Origin: Methylococcaceae bacterium UBA2780 | GTDB lineage: Bacteria; Pseudomonadota; Gammaproteobacteria; Methylococcales; UBA2780 | Direction of reading: 5' to 3' | Assembly (NCBI GenBank): GCA_002352345.1 | Contig: DEIG01000008.1 | Location: forward strand, 21,420 to 85,419 | Length of the DNA stretch: 64,000 nt | In this document: positions 37,259-47,940 of the stretch, piece after piece | Layout of the letters: the number at the start of each line of letters is the position of its first letter | Position numbering within the stretch: position 1 is the first letter of the stretch | Notes under the pieces: model-generated | Databases searched by the model: none | Told to the model about the DNA's origin: nothing | Seen by the model: the letters and a program-made list of their open reading frames with translations, nothing else | Translations under genes and position numbers: made by a program

Positions 37259-38308
37259 ATGGAAAACAGCCCGCAAACACTAGGTGAATTTATTAAATTA
37301 ACCGGCTCAAAAATGCGCATCTTTGACATGGGCCGGCGTATTTGCGAAATTTCTGATTATAATTTCTCAACCTTTGAGAATGCTCAAACACCCTACCCTT
37401 ACCCATTTCAGCAGCAAGCTCTATTCGGTATCGTTCTATGGAATAAGTCTCACAAAGATGAACAGTCAGTCTGGTTTCTTAAGTTTCCCTTGGATGAAAT
37501 GGGGTTATTAATCCAAGTCGCGAGAGATGATTTCCTCAACCGCCTTCTTGAAAAGGCAATTCTTGACCATGAACCATCAGAGCAGAGCGAGAAAATTGAT
37601 GCCGCTTTAAAAGATAACCCATACAGTTTTACACCCAACCCTGATCGAATGGCTGTCTTCCACGCCAAGGTCGCTCAGGCTCTAAAGGCAGCCCCATCGC
37701 AGTATTATGAGCATGCAATACAGTATTTCAAAGGGGAGAATGGCTTTGATCAATGGAAATTTGTTGGCCTACAGGGGATTGCCGATATTTCTAGCCGTCT
37801 TGAGAGTAAAGAAAATGAAAACACCCTTTCAAAAGCCATCTCAGAACTTCCCGCTGAACCTTACTCTATACTCTGTTCCTGCCTAGAGAATGAGATCATC
37901 AACCGCCCTTTAGCTGATGCAATTATTCAAAGAATTGATGAATCCATAAAAAATGAAGAGGTCGATATTGGCCAGGTTGCAATGGGAATCCGCGCCATTT
38001 CCTGCTCATCTGGAAAAGAGAAACAGAGGGAAACCTATCACAAAATACTTAATGCACCGCTTGGATTAGAGCCAGAAATATTAGCCTCTATATCAGGTAA
38101 GGCTTGGGAAGCGCTTGAAGAGCCTAATCTGCTGAATAAATATCTAGAACGGCTGGCCCAAGCTGGGCAAGGTTGTTTCAATCCACTTTTAGCAGACCTG
38201 CTCTATATTCCCTGCATGCGACTTCTTATTATGCAGTCTCTCAGAAGTCCACAATGTTCTAACACGTTAACCAGTGCTGTTGGCGCAATGTTTGGCAAAA
38301 AACTTTAA
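37259..38308 (+). CDS. Conserved hypothetical protein (DUF3549-like)
   Basis: 349 aa and soluble. The N-terminal block MRIFDMGRRI...PYPYPFQQQALFGIVLW resembles the gammaproteobacterial DUF3549 family as I recall it. Divergent from sbcB. Confidence 0.5.
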   Translation: MENSPQTLGEFIKLTGSKMRIFDMGRRICEISDYNFSTFENAQTPYPYPFQQQALFGIVLWNKSHKDEQSVWFLKFPLDEMGLLIQVARDDFLNRLLEKAILDHEPSEQSEKIDAALKDNPYSFTPNPDRMAVFHAKVAQALKAAPSQYYEHAIQYFKGENGFDQWKFVGLQGIADISSRLESKENENTLSKAISELPAEPYSILCSCLENEIINRPLADAIIQRIDESIKNEEVDIGQVAMGIRAISCSSGKEKQRETYHKILNAPLGLEPEILASISGKAWEALEEPNLLNKYLERLAQAGQGCFNPLLADLLYIPCMRLLIMQSLRSPQCSNTLTSAVGAMFGKKL

Positions 38309-38384
38309 GAGACCGCAGCATAACGACTGCACTTTTAGGCCAATTTTTGGTACTCGCCACATAATGCAGCAGACTCTCTAATAT

Positions 38385-38420
38385 AAAAAAGGCACTTTTC
38401 AATTGAAAAGTGCCTTTTTT
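38385..38420. terminator. Bidirectional Rho-independent terminator (end of the nqr-associated operon / DUF3549 gene)
   Basis: Perfect palindrome: A6, GGCACTTTTCAA, TTGAAAAGTGCC, T6. Confidence 0.85.
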
Positions 38421-38458
38421 ATATTTCTGGCTATTTCAACATCAGCCAAACCAAAGAA

Positions 38459-38857
38459 TTACCAGAGTTTTTCGAGTGCTCTCAACACATCCCGGCGACT
38501 AATTTGACCAATCAATTTATCATCAGAGATAACAGGGTAACGGCGAAATGAGCTCTTAATAAACATTTCGGCAACTTCCACTATCCCAGTAGAAGCATCG
38601 ATGCTTATAACATCTTTCATCATAAAATCACTGACAGTTCCGCCCATCTCCTCGTAATAAGCTGCGTTTAAAACGACCTTAAGGCAATCTTTCTCAGAGA
38701 GCATACCAATCATCTCTCCACGCTCATCAACGACTGGTGCACCAGAAATCCGATAGTCCAGAAATTTTTGAACAGCCTCCATTACGCCCATTTCAGGTGT
38801 AAGCGTAATAAGCCCTGTTGCCATATAGTCTTTAACTGTAACTGATTTAAGTGTCAT
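38459..38857 (-). CDS. Stand-alone CBS-pair domain protein
   Basis: 132 aa with two CBS repeats (VKDYMATGLITLTPEM...GAPVVDERGEMIGMLSEKD, and VSDFMMKDVISI...RYPVISDDKLIGQISRRDV). Confidence 0.85.
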   Translation of the reverse strand: MTLKSVTVKDYMATGLITLTPEMGVMEAVQKFLDYRISGAPVVDERGEMIGMLSEKDCLKVVLNAAYYEEMGGTVSDFMMKDVISIDASTGIVEVAEMFIKSSFRRYPVISDDKLIGQISRRDVLRALEKLW

Positions 38858-38878
38858 CTTTCCCTTCCTCTAATAAGG

Positions 38879-39073
38879 TTAAATATTGCCGTTGTTTTCA
38901 AGAGCCTCTGCTTCTGCTCTTTTTCTTTTGTCGCATTTTTTTGTACAGGCACAAGAGCCACCACCAGCTCCCCCACAGGAGCCCTGGATTGCTTTTCTAC
39001 CAAATATCACCCCAACAGCCATCGCTACGATGACCGTCCCAAACACCAAAAAGCTGATAAGAAATTCTTTCAT
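38879..39073 (-). CDS. nqrM: (Na+)-NQR maturation factor NqrM
   Basis: 64 aa. One TM helix followed by a Cys-rich segment, GSCGGAGGGSCACTKKC. Located directly after apbE at the end of the nqr operon. Confidence 0.85.
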   Translation of the reverse strand: MKEFLISFLVFGTVIVAMAVGVIFGRKAIQGSCGGAGGGSCACTKKCDKRKRAEAEALENNGNI

Positions 39074-39086
39074 TGTTACCTACCTA

Positions 39087-40145
39087 TTATCTTTTAACCG
39101 AGCCAAAGGCAGAGCTTACAACCTCTTCAAACCCTTTATCTCGTTTGACCAAAAATATTGCTTTTAGTTTTAGTCTATCTGCAAGAGCAACTCCATCTTT
39201 TGCACCCAAAACCATAAGTGCTGTTGCCATTGCATCAGAATATGCAGCACTTGAGGTTATCACAGAGACAGAAGCAACGCGATTTGTAATTGGGTAACCC
39301 GTAACAGGGTCTATCGTATGCGAAAAACGTTTCCCAGTATCTGTTTCAAAGTAATTTCTGTAGTCACCCGATGTAGCAATAGCCTCATTAGTTAACTCAA
39401 TCACCTGTTGAACACTTCTTTCATCAATCACGGGCTGCTCAATCGCTAAACGCCAAAGGACATTATCTTTATTTCGCCCTTTTACTCGAATTTCCCCACC
39501 TATCTCAACCAGATAATTCGTAACACCCTGCTTAGAAAGAAACTCAGCAACCTCGTCTACTGCATAGCCTTTAGCTATACCTGATAGGTCTATATAAAGT
39601 GCTGGTTCGAGTTTTTTTACTCTTGATGAGCCTATATCTAGAATCAGGTTGTTATAGCCAATATGCGCCATTAATGCGCTAATTGAAGCTGCGCTTGGCT
39701 CTTTTAGTTGATTTTTAGTAGGCCCAAAACCCCATAGATTAACTAAAGGCCCAATCGTCGTATCAAATGCCCCGCTGCTCGTTCTGCTAACTTCATCTGC
39801 TAGCTGAAGTACAGCCATCAGCTCAGCACTAACAGGTATCCAAGCACTATTTATATTTTGGTTAATCTTTGAAAGTTCTGAGTCAGCCAAATAGGTCGAC
39901 ATCGAGCCATTGATCTTATTCAGCAGTTCTTTAATTCCCTGCTCGAGCCTCTTTTCTTTAGCTTTACCATTAATCACCTTAACGCTAAAGCTCGTACCCA
40001 TCGTGAGACCTTGAATTACCGTCTCCTGCCTATCCCCTTGACTTGTACAATTCGTTACTAAAAAACTAAAAACGCATAGCAGAAGAACTGCTATGCGTCT
40101 GTTAGTTACAACCTGATTATTAACGAAATTACCCGCCAAAATCAT
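39087..40145 (-). CDS. apbE: FAD:protein FMN transferase (flavin transferase ApbE)
   Basis: Lipoprotein-like signal ([13 protein letters not shown]) plus ApbE blocks ([49 protein letters not shown]). ATG at 40145 overlaps the nqrF stop by 17 nt. The start is uncertain. Confidence 0.88.
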   Translation of the reverse strand: MILAGNFVNNQVVTNRRIAVLLLCVFSFLVTNCTSQGDRQETVIQGLTMGTSFSVKVINGKAKEKRLEQGIKELLNKINGSMSTYLADSELSKINQNINSAWIPVSAELMAVLQLADEVSRTSSGAFDTTIGPLVNLWGFGPTKNQLKEPSAASISALMAHIGYNNLILDIGSSRVKKLEPALYIDLSGIAKGYAVDEVAEFLSKQGVTNYLVEIGGEIRVKGRNKDNVLWRLAIEQPVIDERSVQQVIELTNEAIATSGDYRNYFETDTGKRFSHTIDPVTGYPITNRVASVSVITSSAAYSDAMATALMVLGAKDGVALADRLKLKAIFLVKRDKGFEEVVSSAFGSVKR

Positions 40146-41352
40146 CCAGCAAGATATTCTCAGGCTCAACACCAAGATCTTCCAACATCTTAATAACCGC
40201 TGCATTCATCATTGGAGGCCCACACATGTAGAACTCGCAATCTTCTGGAGATGGGTGGTTTTCCAAATATTCATGTAGCAATACTTCATGGATAAAGCCG
40301 GTGTAACCTTCCCAATTATCTTCTGGCATTGGATCTGAAAGAGCGCAGTGCCATTGAAAGTTCTCATTCTCTTCCACCAGTTTGTCGAACTCTTCAGCGT
40401 AAAACATTTCACGCTTACTCCGAGCACCGTACCAAAAAGACATCTTACGTTTACTATTCAATCGACCCAGTTGATCGAAGATATGTGAACGCATTGGAGC
40501 CATACCTGCACCACCGCCAATGAAAACCATCTCGTTATCAGTTTCTTTAGCGAAAAATTCACCATATGGCCCTGATATTGTTACCTTATCACCCGGTTTA
40601 AGGTTAAAGATAAATGATGACATCTGGCCTGGTGGAACATCTTCTGGAGCACGTGGCGGAGGTGAAGCAATCCGCACGTTCAACATAATAATCCCCTTCT
40701 CCATTGGGTAGTTAGCCATTGAGTAAGCCCGTTCAACAGGCTCGTTCACAATTGACTCGTAGCGCCACAAGTTAAATTGATCCCAATCTGGGCGATACTC
40801 TTCTTCAACATCAAAATCAGAATATTTAACATGATGCGCTGGCGCTTCAATTTGAATATAGCCACCCGCACGGAAATCAACATTCTCACCTTCAGGTAAC
40901 TCCAACACTAACTCTTTAATGAAGGTTGCCCTATTAAAGTTAGAGCGAACAGTACATTCCCATTTTTGGACACCAAAGACGCTCTCTTCAACTTCGATCT
41001 TCATATCCTGCTTAACACCAACTTGGCAAGCAAGACGTTCTCCTTCCGCGGCTTCACGTTTAGTAATGTGCGACATTTCAGTTGGAAGAATATCTCCTCC
41101 ACCCTCAAAGACCTTCACTTTACACTGACCGCATGTTCCACCACCGCCACATGCTGAAGCAACAAACAGCTGATTATCACCAAGCGCATTCAGTAGTTTA
41201 GAACCTACTGGGGTGTGAATAACTTTTTCATCATTGATAGTGATCGCTACGTTTCCAGAAGGAACTAACTGGGATTTCGCACCCAATATAATGAAGACCA
41301 GCGCAATAATAATGCCTGTAAAAAAGGCAACACCTAAGGTTATTTCTAACAT
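40129..41352 (-). CDS. nqrF: Na+-translocating NADH:quinone oxidoreductase subunit F
   Basis: N-terminal TM helix, 2Fe-2S ferredoxin cysteines ([11 protein letters not shown]), and an FAD/NADH domain ([21 protein letters not shown]). Confidence 0.96.
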   Translation of the reverse strand: MLEITLGVAFFTGIIIALVFIILGAKSQLVPSGNVAITINDEKVIHTPVGSKLLNALGDNQLFVASACGGGGTCGQCKVKVFEGGGDILPTEMSHITKREAAEGERLACQVGVKQDMKIEVEESVFGVQKWECTVRSNFNRATFIKELVLELPEGENVDFRAGGYIQIEAPAHHVKYSDFDVEEEYRPDWDQFNLWRYESIVNEPVERAYSMANYPMEKGIIMLNVRIASPPPRAPEDVPPGQMSSFIFNLKPGDKVTISGPYGEFFAKETDNEMVFIGGGAGMAPMRSHIFDQLGRLNSKRKMSFWYGARSKREMFYAEEFDKLVEENENFQWHCALSDPMPEDNWEGYTGFIHEVLLHEYLENHPSPEDCEFYMCGPPMMNAAVIKMLEDLGVEPENILLDDFGG

Positions 41353-41361
41353 GCAGACACC

Positions 41362-41970
41362 TTATAATTGAATTCCAGAAAAGCCCATAAAGGCCATTGC
41401 CATCAAACCGGCTGTAATGAACGTAATTCCTAACCCTTCAAGGCCATCTGGAACATCGCTGTATTTTAGTTTTTCACGAACACCAGCCATTAAAGTAATA
41501 GCAAGAGCCCAACCAAAACCACTACCGACACCGTAAGTGACACTCTCAGCAAAATCATAGTCACGTTCGACCATGAAAAGGCTTCCGCCCATAATTGCGC
41601 AGTTTACTGTAATCAGTGGCAAGAAAATCCCAAGAGCATCATATAAAGCAGGAAAATACTTATCTAATGTCATCTCAAGAATTTGAACCATCGCTGCAAT
41701 CACACCGATGTAACTGATCAAACCAAGAAAGCTTAAATCAACTTCTGGATATCCAGCCCATGCAAGAGCACCACCTTTTAATAGGTAGGTATAGATCAGG
41801 TTATTTGCAGGTACTGTTAGAACCTGAACGACCATCACCGATATTCCAAGACCAAGCGCGGTCTCTACCTTTTTTGAAACGGCCAGAAACGTACACATCC
41901 CCAAAAAGAAGGACAATGCCAAGTTTTCAATGAAGACCGCCTTAACAAACAGACTTATATAATGTTCCAT
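41362..41970 (-). CDS. nqrE: Na+-NQR subunit E
   Basis: 202-aa polytopic membrane protein of the NqrDE/RnfAE family, in the conserved operon position. Confidence 0.95.
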   Translation of the reverse strand: MEHYISLFVKAVFIENLALSFFLGMCTFLAVSKKVETALGLGISVMVVQVLTVPANNLIYTYLLKGGALAWAGYPEVDLSFLGLISYIGVIAAMVQILEMTLDKYFPALYDALGIFLPLITVNCAIMGGSLFMVERDYDFAESVTYGVGSGFGWALAITLMAGVREKLKYSDVPDGLEGLGITFITAGLMAMAFMGFSGIQL

Positions 41971-42629
41971 TAGTGAGCCTCAGATTCCTGTAAACGTTCA
42001 ATTTTGAAGTCACGCGCTTCATTCTGCTCCTTCTTCCAAGCACGAACACCCCAAATGAGCAGACCAATAATAAAGAAGGCGCTTGGTGGCAGTAACAAAA
42101 GGCCATTAGGCACGTACCAGCCGCCATCACTCACTTTTTCTAGAATTTGAACACCTAACAGTGAGCCGGAGCCAAACAGTTCTCTGATCACACCAACAGC
42201 TATAAGGATAATGCTATAACCAAGACCATTACCGATACCATCCATAAAACTGGCTCCCGGTGGATTTTTCATGGCAAATGCTTCTGCACGCCCCATCACG
42301 ATGCAGTTTGTGATAATCAAACCAACGAAAACAGATAACTGCTTACTGACATCGTAAGCAAATGCTTTTAGTAGCTGATCCACCACGATTACCAATGACG
42401 CAATAATCGTCATCTGCACAATAATACGGATGCTTCCCGGAATATGATTCCGGATCATACTAATCCCTACATTTGAGAAAGCAGTTACAGATGTTAGCGC
42501 CAGACACATAATCAGCGCTGTTGCTAAATTAGATGTGACAGCAAGAGCCGAACAGATCCCAAGAACTTGTAGCGTTATGGGGTTATTGTCGACTAACGGA
42601 TCAACAAGTACTTTTGTATTGTCACTCAT
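41970..42629 (-). CDS. nqrD: Na+-NQR subunit D
   Basis: 219-aa NqrDE/RnfAE-family membrane protein. Its stop overlaps the nqrE start by 1 nt. Confidence 0.95.
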   Translation of the reverse strand: MSDNTKVLVDPLVDNNPITLQVLGICSALAVTSNLATALIMCLALTSVTAFSNVGISMIRNHIPGSIRIIVQMTIIASLVIVVDQLLKAFAYDVSKQLSVFVGLIITNCIVMGRAEAFAMKNPPGASFMDGIGNGLGYSIILIAVGVIRELFGSGSLLGVQILEKVSDGGWYVPNGLLLLPPSAFFIIGLLIWGVRAWKKEQNEARDFKIERLQESEAH

Positions 42630-42633
42630 TTAA

Positions 42634-43449
42634 TCAACTCCTATCTTTCTTAATTTTTTCAAGATATGGTGCAAAACCTTCTTTGCCCAACCAATACTGA
42701 ATCAAATTGGTAACACCAACACTGGTCAATGTTGCTCCAGCTAAGCCATCAACTTTATACTCCGCATTTGGAGTTGCTTCTGTCACACTACCTTTGATTA
42801 GGCCTAAAACTGCTTCGCCTTCAGTGCTGTAGACTTTTTTGCCTTTCCATAGATTACGCCATTTTGGGTTGACAACCTCACCACCCAATCCAGGCGTTTC
42901 ACCTTGGTCATAAAAATTGATGCCAGCAACTGTGGTTCCATCACTCTCTAAAGCGAGAAAACCATACATAGTCGACCACAAACCATATCCATGCACGGGA
43001 AGAATAATAAGTTTTAGCTCATCATTTTCTTTAACTAGGTATACAGGTGCTTTTGTCGCCTTACGCCTGATTCCAGCAGTATCCAGCTCAGCTGGGATCA
43101 CAACGCTTTCTGCAGGATCCTTAGACGCTTTACGTTGATCGAAACTCTCGGGATTTTCTGTATCGACATACTCACCGCTTTCAAGCTCGATAAGTTTTGT
43201 TTCGATTTTACTCCCGAAGACCACTTCGATAGAGGTGCCTTCATCGTAAAGTTCTGCCACTTGAAGAATGTTTTTCTTCATATCCAGCTCTTTATTCTTA
43301 AGCTGTAGCGGTCTTAAACCAACCGCTGCAGCCGACACAAGAATCGAGCAAAAAAGACATAACGAAGCAGCAACAACAATTGTTTTAGAAAAGCTGTCAT
43401 TTGACCAGCCACTTTTTGCTTCTTGCCCATTTTCATTAACTTCAGACAT
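42634..43449 (-). CDS. nqrC: Na+-NQR subunit C
   Basis: 271 aa. N-terminal TM helix and the FMN-attachment motif region ([14 protein letters not shown]). Confidence 0.95.
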   Translation of the reverse strand: MSEVNENGQEAKSGWSNDSFSKTIVVAASLCLFCSILVSAAAVGLRPLQLKNKELDMKKNILQVAELYDEGTSIEVVFGSKIETKLIELESGEYVDTENPESFDQRKASKDPAESVVIPAELDTAGIRRKATKAPVYLVKENDELKLIILPVHGYGLWSTMYGFLALESDGTTVAGINFYDQGETPGLGGEVVNPKWRNLWKGKKVYSTEGEAVLGLIKGSVTEATPNAEYKVDGLAGATLTSVGVTNLIQYWLGKEGFAPYLEKIKKDRS

Positions 43450-44655
43450 TGCGCGCTAGCCTCCTCTTGATATTTGCTTGGATTACAAAATAATCAACTA
43501 ATGGTGCAAACATGTTGGCAAAAAGAATTGAGAGCATCATTCCCTCTGGAAAAGCAGGATTAACGACACGAATCAACACCACCATTACACCAATCAGTGC
43601 ACCATAGATCCAACGGCCCCTGTTAGTCATCGCAGCACTAACAGGATCTGTAGCCATAAAGACCATCCCGAACGCAAATCCACCTAGCGTTAGGTGCCAG
43701 TACCAAGGCAATGCAAACATTGGGTTTGTATCACTGCCAATACCATTCAATAGTAACGAAGTAACAACCATCCCTAAAAATACACCACCGATTACTCGCC
43801 AAGAGGCAATTTTTGTGTATAGCAAGAAAGCCATCCCAAGCAGACAGGCAAATGTTGAAACCTCTCCCATTGACCCAGCCATATTGCCGAAAAAGGTATT
43901 CATCCAAGTCAAGCCTGATTCAGTGATTGCCTGCACACCACCGGCAGCAGCCAAACCAAGGGCGGTTGCTCCACTAAAACCATCGACAGCAACCCAGACA
44001 GCATCGCCAGACATTTGCGCTGGATAGGCAAAGAACAAAAATGCACGACCAACTAAAGCTGGGTTAAGGAAGTTTTTACCTGTACCACCAAAAACTTCTT
44101 TACCTAAAACCACACCAAAGCTGATACCCAGAGCTACCTGCCATAGAGGCGCAGTAGGTGGCAAAATAAGCGAATAGAGCATCGAAGTTACAAGGAAACC
44201 TTCATTAACATCATGCTTTCGCACAGAGGCAAATAAAACTTCCCAAAAACCACCGGCAGCCAGTGTGACTATATAAATAGGCAAGAAATAGAGCAGACCA
44301 TGTAGAAGGCAGGCAATTATGTTACCAGGGGCAAAACCAACACCGATCGCTGCTAAAAGATCCCCTCTCCAGCCTTCAGGCTGAGCCAACCCCATCGCCT
44401 CTACAGCCATGTTAGCTTGATGCCCAGTATTGTAGAGAGCCATGATGATGCATGGAATTGTTGCCAACACCACAAAAGTCATCATTCGTTTCAGATCAAT
44501 CCCATCACGAACATGAGGGCCGTTGTTTCCCGTTACACTTGAAGGCGTATAAAGCAGCGTATCAACCATCTCATAGACAGAGTAATACTTCTCCCATTTG
44601 CCGCCTGAAGTGAAGTGAGGATGGACTTTATCCAGATAGCGTCTTAAACCTGACA

Positions 44656-44656
<1 letters not shown>
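43442..44656 (-). CDS. nqrB: Na+-NQR subunit B
   Basis: 404-aa polytopic protein with the FMN-attachment motif [10 protein letters not shown]. Confidence 0.95.
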
Positions 44657-46080
<1,424 letters not shown>

Positions 46081-46355
46081 CTAGATTGACAGCCGTTTTA
46101 ACATGGAATGCTCTCCAAGCCCCTTCTTGAAGACCGTACAATTATAGCCAGAAACCCACTCTTCCGCAAAAAAATAGGCCACCGGTGACACAATTAATTA
46201 CTCGACCAACTTTTCAAATAAGCGTTTGAATTAAGCCGCTGAATTTGATGCCAAACCACACCAAAAATCAGAAAATAAAGCCACAAATCAAAAATTTGCC
46301 GTATAGTAGCCTGCCTTAACAACTATCAATCAAAGTGCTTTTGAAAGGATAAAAC

Positions 46356-46958
46356 GTGAATACAGTAAAAGAAAAGTTTAGCTACGCCATTGGACAGCAG
46401 ATTGGCCAAGGAATTATGAATGACCGTCTTGATGTTGAACCCGCAACACTTATACAAGGGATAAGTGATGCACTTAACCAAGAGAAATCCAAATTAACTG
46501 TTGAAGAGATGCAGCAAGCAATACAGCACTTTCAAGAACAGGCTGCTGGGAGCCGACAAGCAGTTAGCGACAAAAACTCTGAAGCCGGAAAAGCTTTTCT
46601 TGAGAAAAACAGCACCCGAGAAGAGGTGACCACTCTAGATAATGGGCTGCAATATCGCATCATCACCCAAGGCGACGGCGAACAGCCAACTAAAACGGAT
46701 AGCGTTACTGTTCACTATAAAGGCAGCCTAATCAGTGGCCAAGAGTTCGATAGTTCATACAGTCGCGGCACGCCGACTACATTCCCTGTAACTGGCGTTA
46801 TTGCAGGCTGGCAGGAAATCTTGCAAATAATGCCTCTCGGCTCTAAGTGGGAAGTTTTCATCCCTTCAGAAATGGCTTATGGCGAGCAAGGTGCCGGCAA
46901 TGCTATCGGCCCGAATGAAGCACTTGTCTTTGAAATGGAATTAATCTCCATTAATTAA
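46356..46958 (+). CDS. fklB: FKBP-type peptidyl-prolyl cis-trans isomerase (FklB-like)
   Basis: GTG start preceded by AAGGA. N-terminal dimerisation domain (FSYAIGQQIGQ) and an FKBP domain (VTVHYKGSLISGQEFDSS, GVIAGWQEIL, LVFEMELISI). Confidence 0.88.
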   Translation: MNTVKEKFSYAIGQQIGQGIMNDRLDVEPATLIQGISDALNQEKSKLTVEEMQQAIQHFQEQAAGSRQAVSDKNSEAGKAFLEKNSTREEVTTLDNGLQYRIITQGDGEQPTKTDSVTVHYKGSLISGQEFDSSYSRGTPTTFPVTGVIAGWQEILQIMPLGSKWEVFIPSEMAYGEQGAGNAIGPNEALVFEMELISIN

Positions 46959-46968
46959 AACTGTCAGC

Positions 46969-47001
46969 AAAAAAAAGGGCAGGTAGCTAAGCTACTTGCC
47001 C
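46969..47001 (-). terminator. Intrinsic terminator oriented for leftward (minus-strand) transcription
   Basis: 11-bp stem GGGCAGGTAGC / GCTACTTGCCC (one G-T pair) with a 3-nt loop. A8 lies on the plus strand to the left, which is U8 after the hairpin on the minus strand. There is no T-run on the plus-strand side. Confidence 0.6.
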
Positions 47002-47094
47002 AAACCTTCCCAGAGGATATTCGTTTTAACGAGTTCTAGGTTACTCCCTCAAATAAAAGCAACCTTGACCTACGTCAATTAAAGAGCAGATAAA

Positions 47095-47895
47095 ATGAAT
47101 AACAACAAAAACCACCCTGTAGAAATTGAAATTATATTTCACAAAGCAACCGTAGACTCAAACAAGTCACCCATTGTCTTTATTCACGGTGCGTATGTGG
47201 CAGCTTGGTGCTGGGATGAGTTCTTTCTAAGCTATTTTGCAGACAATGGCCATGATGTCTATGCCTTCAGTCTTAGAGGCCACGGGGAAAGTGGCGGTTA
47301 CAACCAAACTGCTTGGACAAGCCTTAATGATTATGTTGACGACCTACATCATGTCATCTCGACGATTGATGGGGACCCTATCATTATCGGCCACTCCATG
47401 GGGGGCATGATCCTACAGAAATACCTAGAGAACCATAGTTGTAAAGCGGCTGTTTTAATGGCATCCGTTCCTTGCGAAGGCCTCTTAGCGCCCACACTAA
47501 CGATGGCTGCTCTACACCCACAGAATTTTTTCTTTTTCCAAGCAACCCATTATCTTGGGCAAAATGCCATTACGCCTATGTTAGGACAAAGAGCGCTTTT
47601 CCACCGCGAGATGCACCCTGCCGAGGTTCAAAAATACCTCTCTCGCATGCAATCTGTCTCCCTGCGTGCTCTACATGACATGAGCTGGCTAAGCCTGCCT
47701 CGCAAACACAATCCAAACAACATACCGATGCTCGTCCTTGCTGCGGAAAATGACGCACTATTTAGTGTCTCAAGCCAGCGTAAAACAGCTCTCGCCTACA
47801 ATGCTGAATTTGAATCTTTCCCTGATATGTCTCACGCCATGATGCTTGAGCCGGAATGGCAACGGGTCGCTGACAAAATTATCAGCTGGGCCTGA
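47095..47895 (+). CDS. Alpha/beta-fold hydrolase
   Basis: 266 aa. Nucleophile elbow GHSMGG, an oxyanion HGA region (VFIHGAY), and a C-terminal His (SHAMMLE). Confidence 0.8.
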   Translation: MNNNKNHPVEIEIIFHKATVDSNKSPIVFIHGAYVAAWCWDEFFLSYFADNGHDVYAFSLRGHGESGGYNQTAWTSLNDYVDDLHHVISTIDGDPIIIGHSMGGMILQKYLENHSCKAAVLMASVPCEGLLAPTLTMAALHPQNFFFFQATHYLGQNAITPMLGQRALFHREMHPAEVQKYLSRMQSVSLRALHDMSWLSLPRKHNPNNIPMLVLAAENDALFSVSSQRKTALAYNAEFESFPDMSHAMMLEPEWQRVADKIISWA

Positions 47896-47940
47896 CGGCT
47901 AATCGCTAGCTCACCTTCCATCACAAGATGAGTCCAAGCA

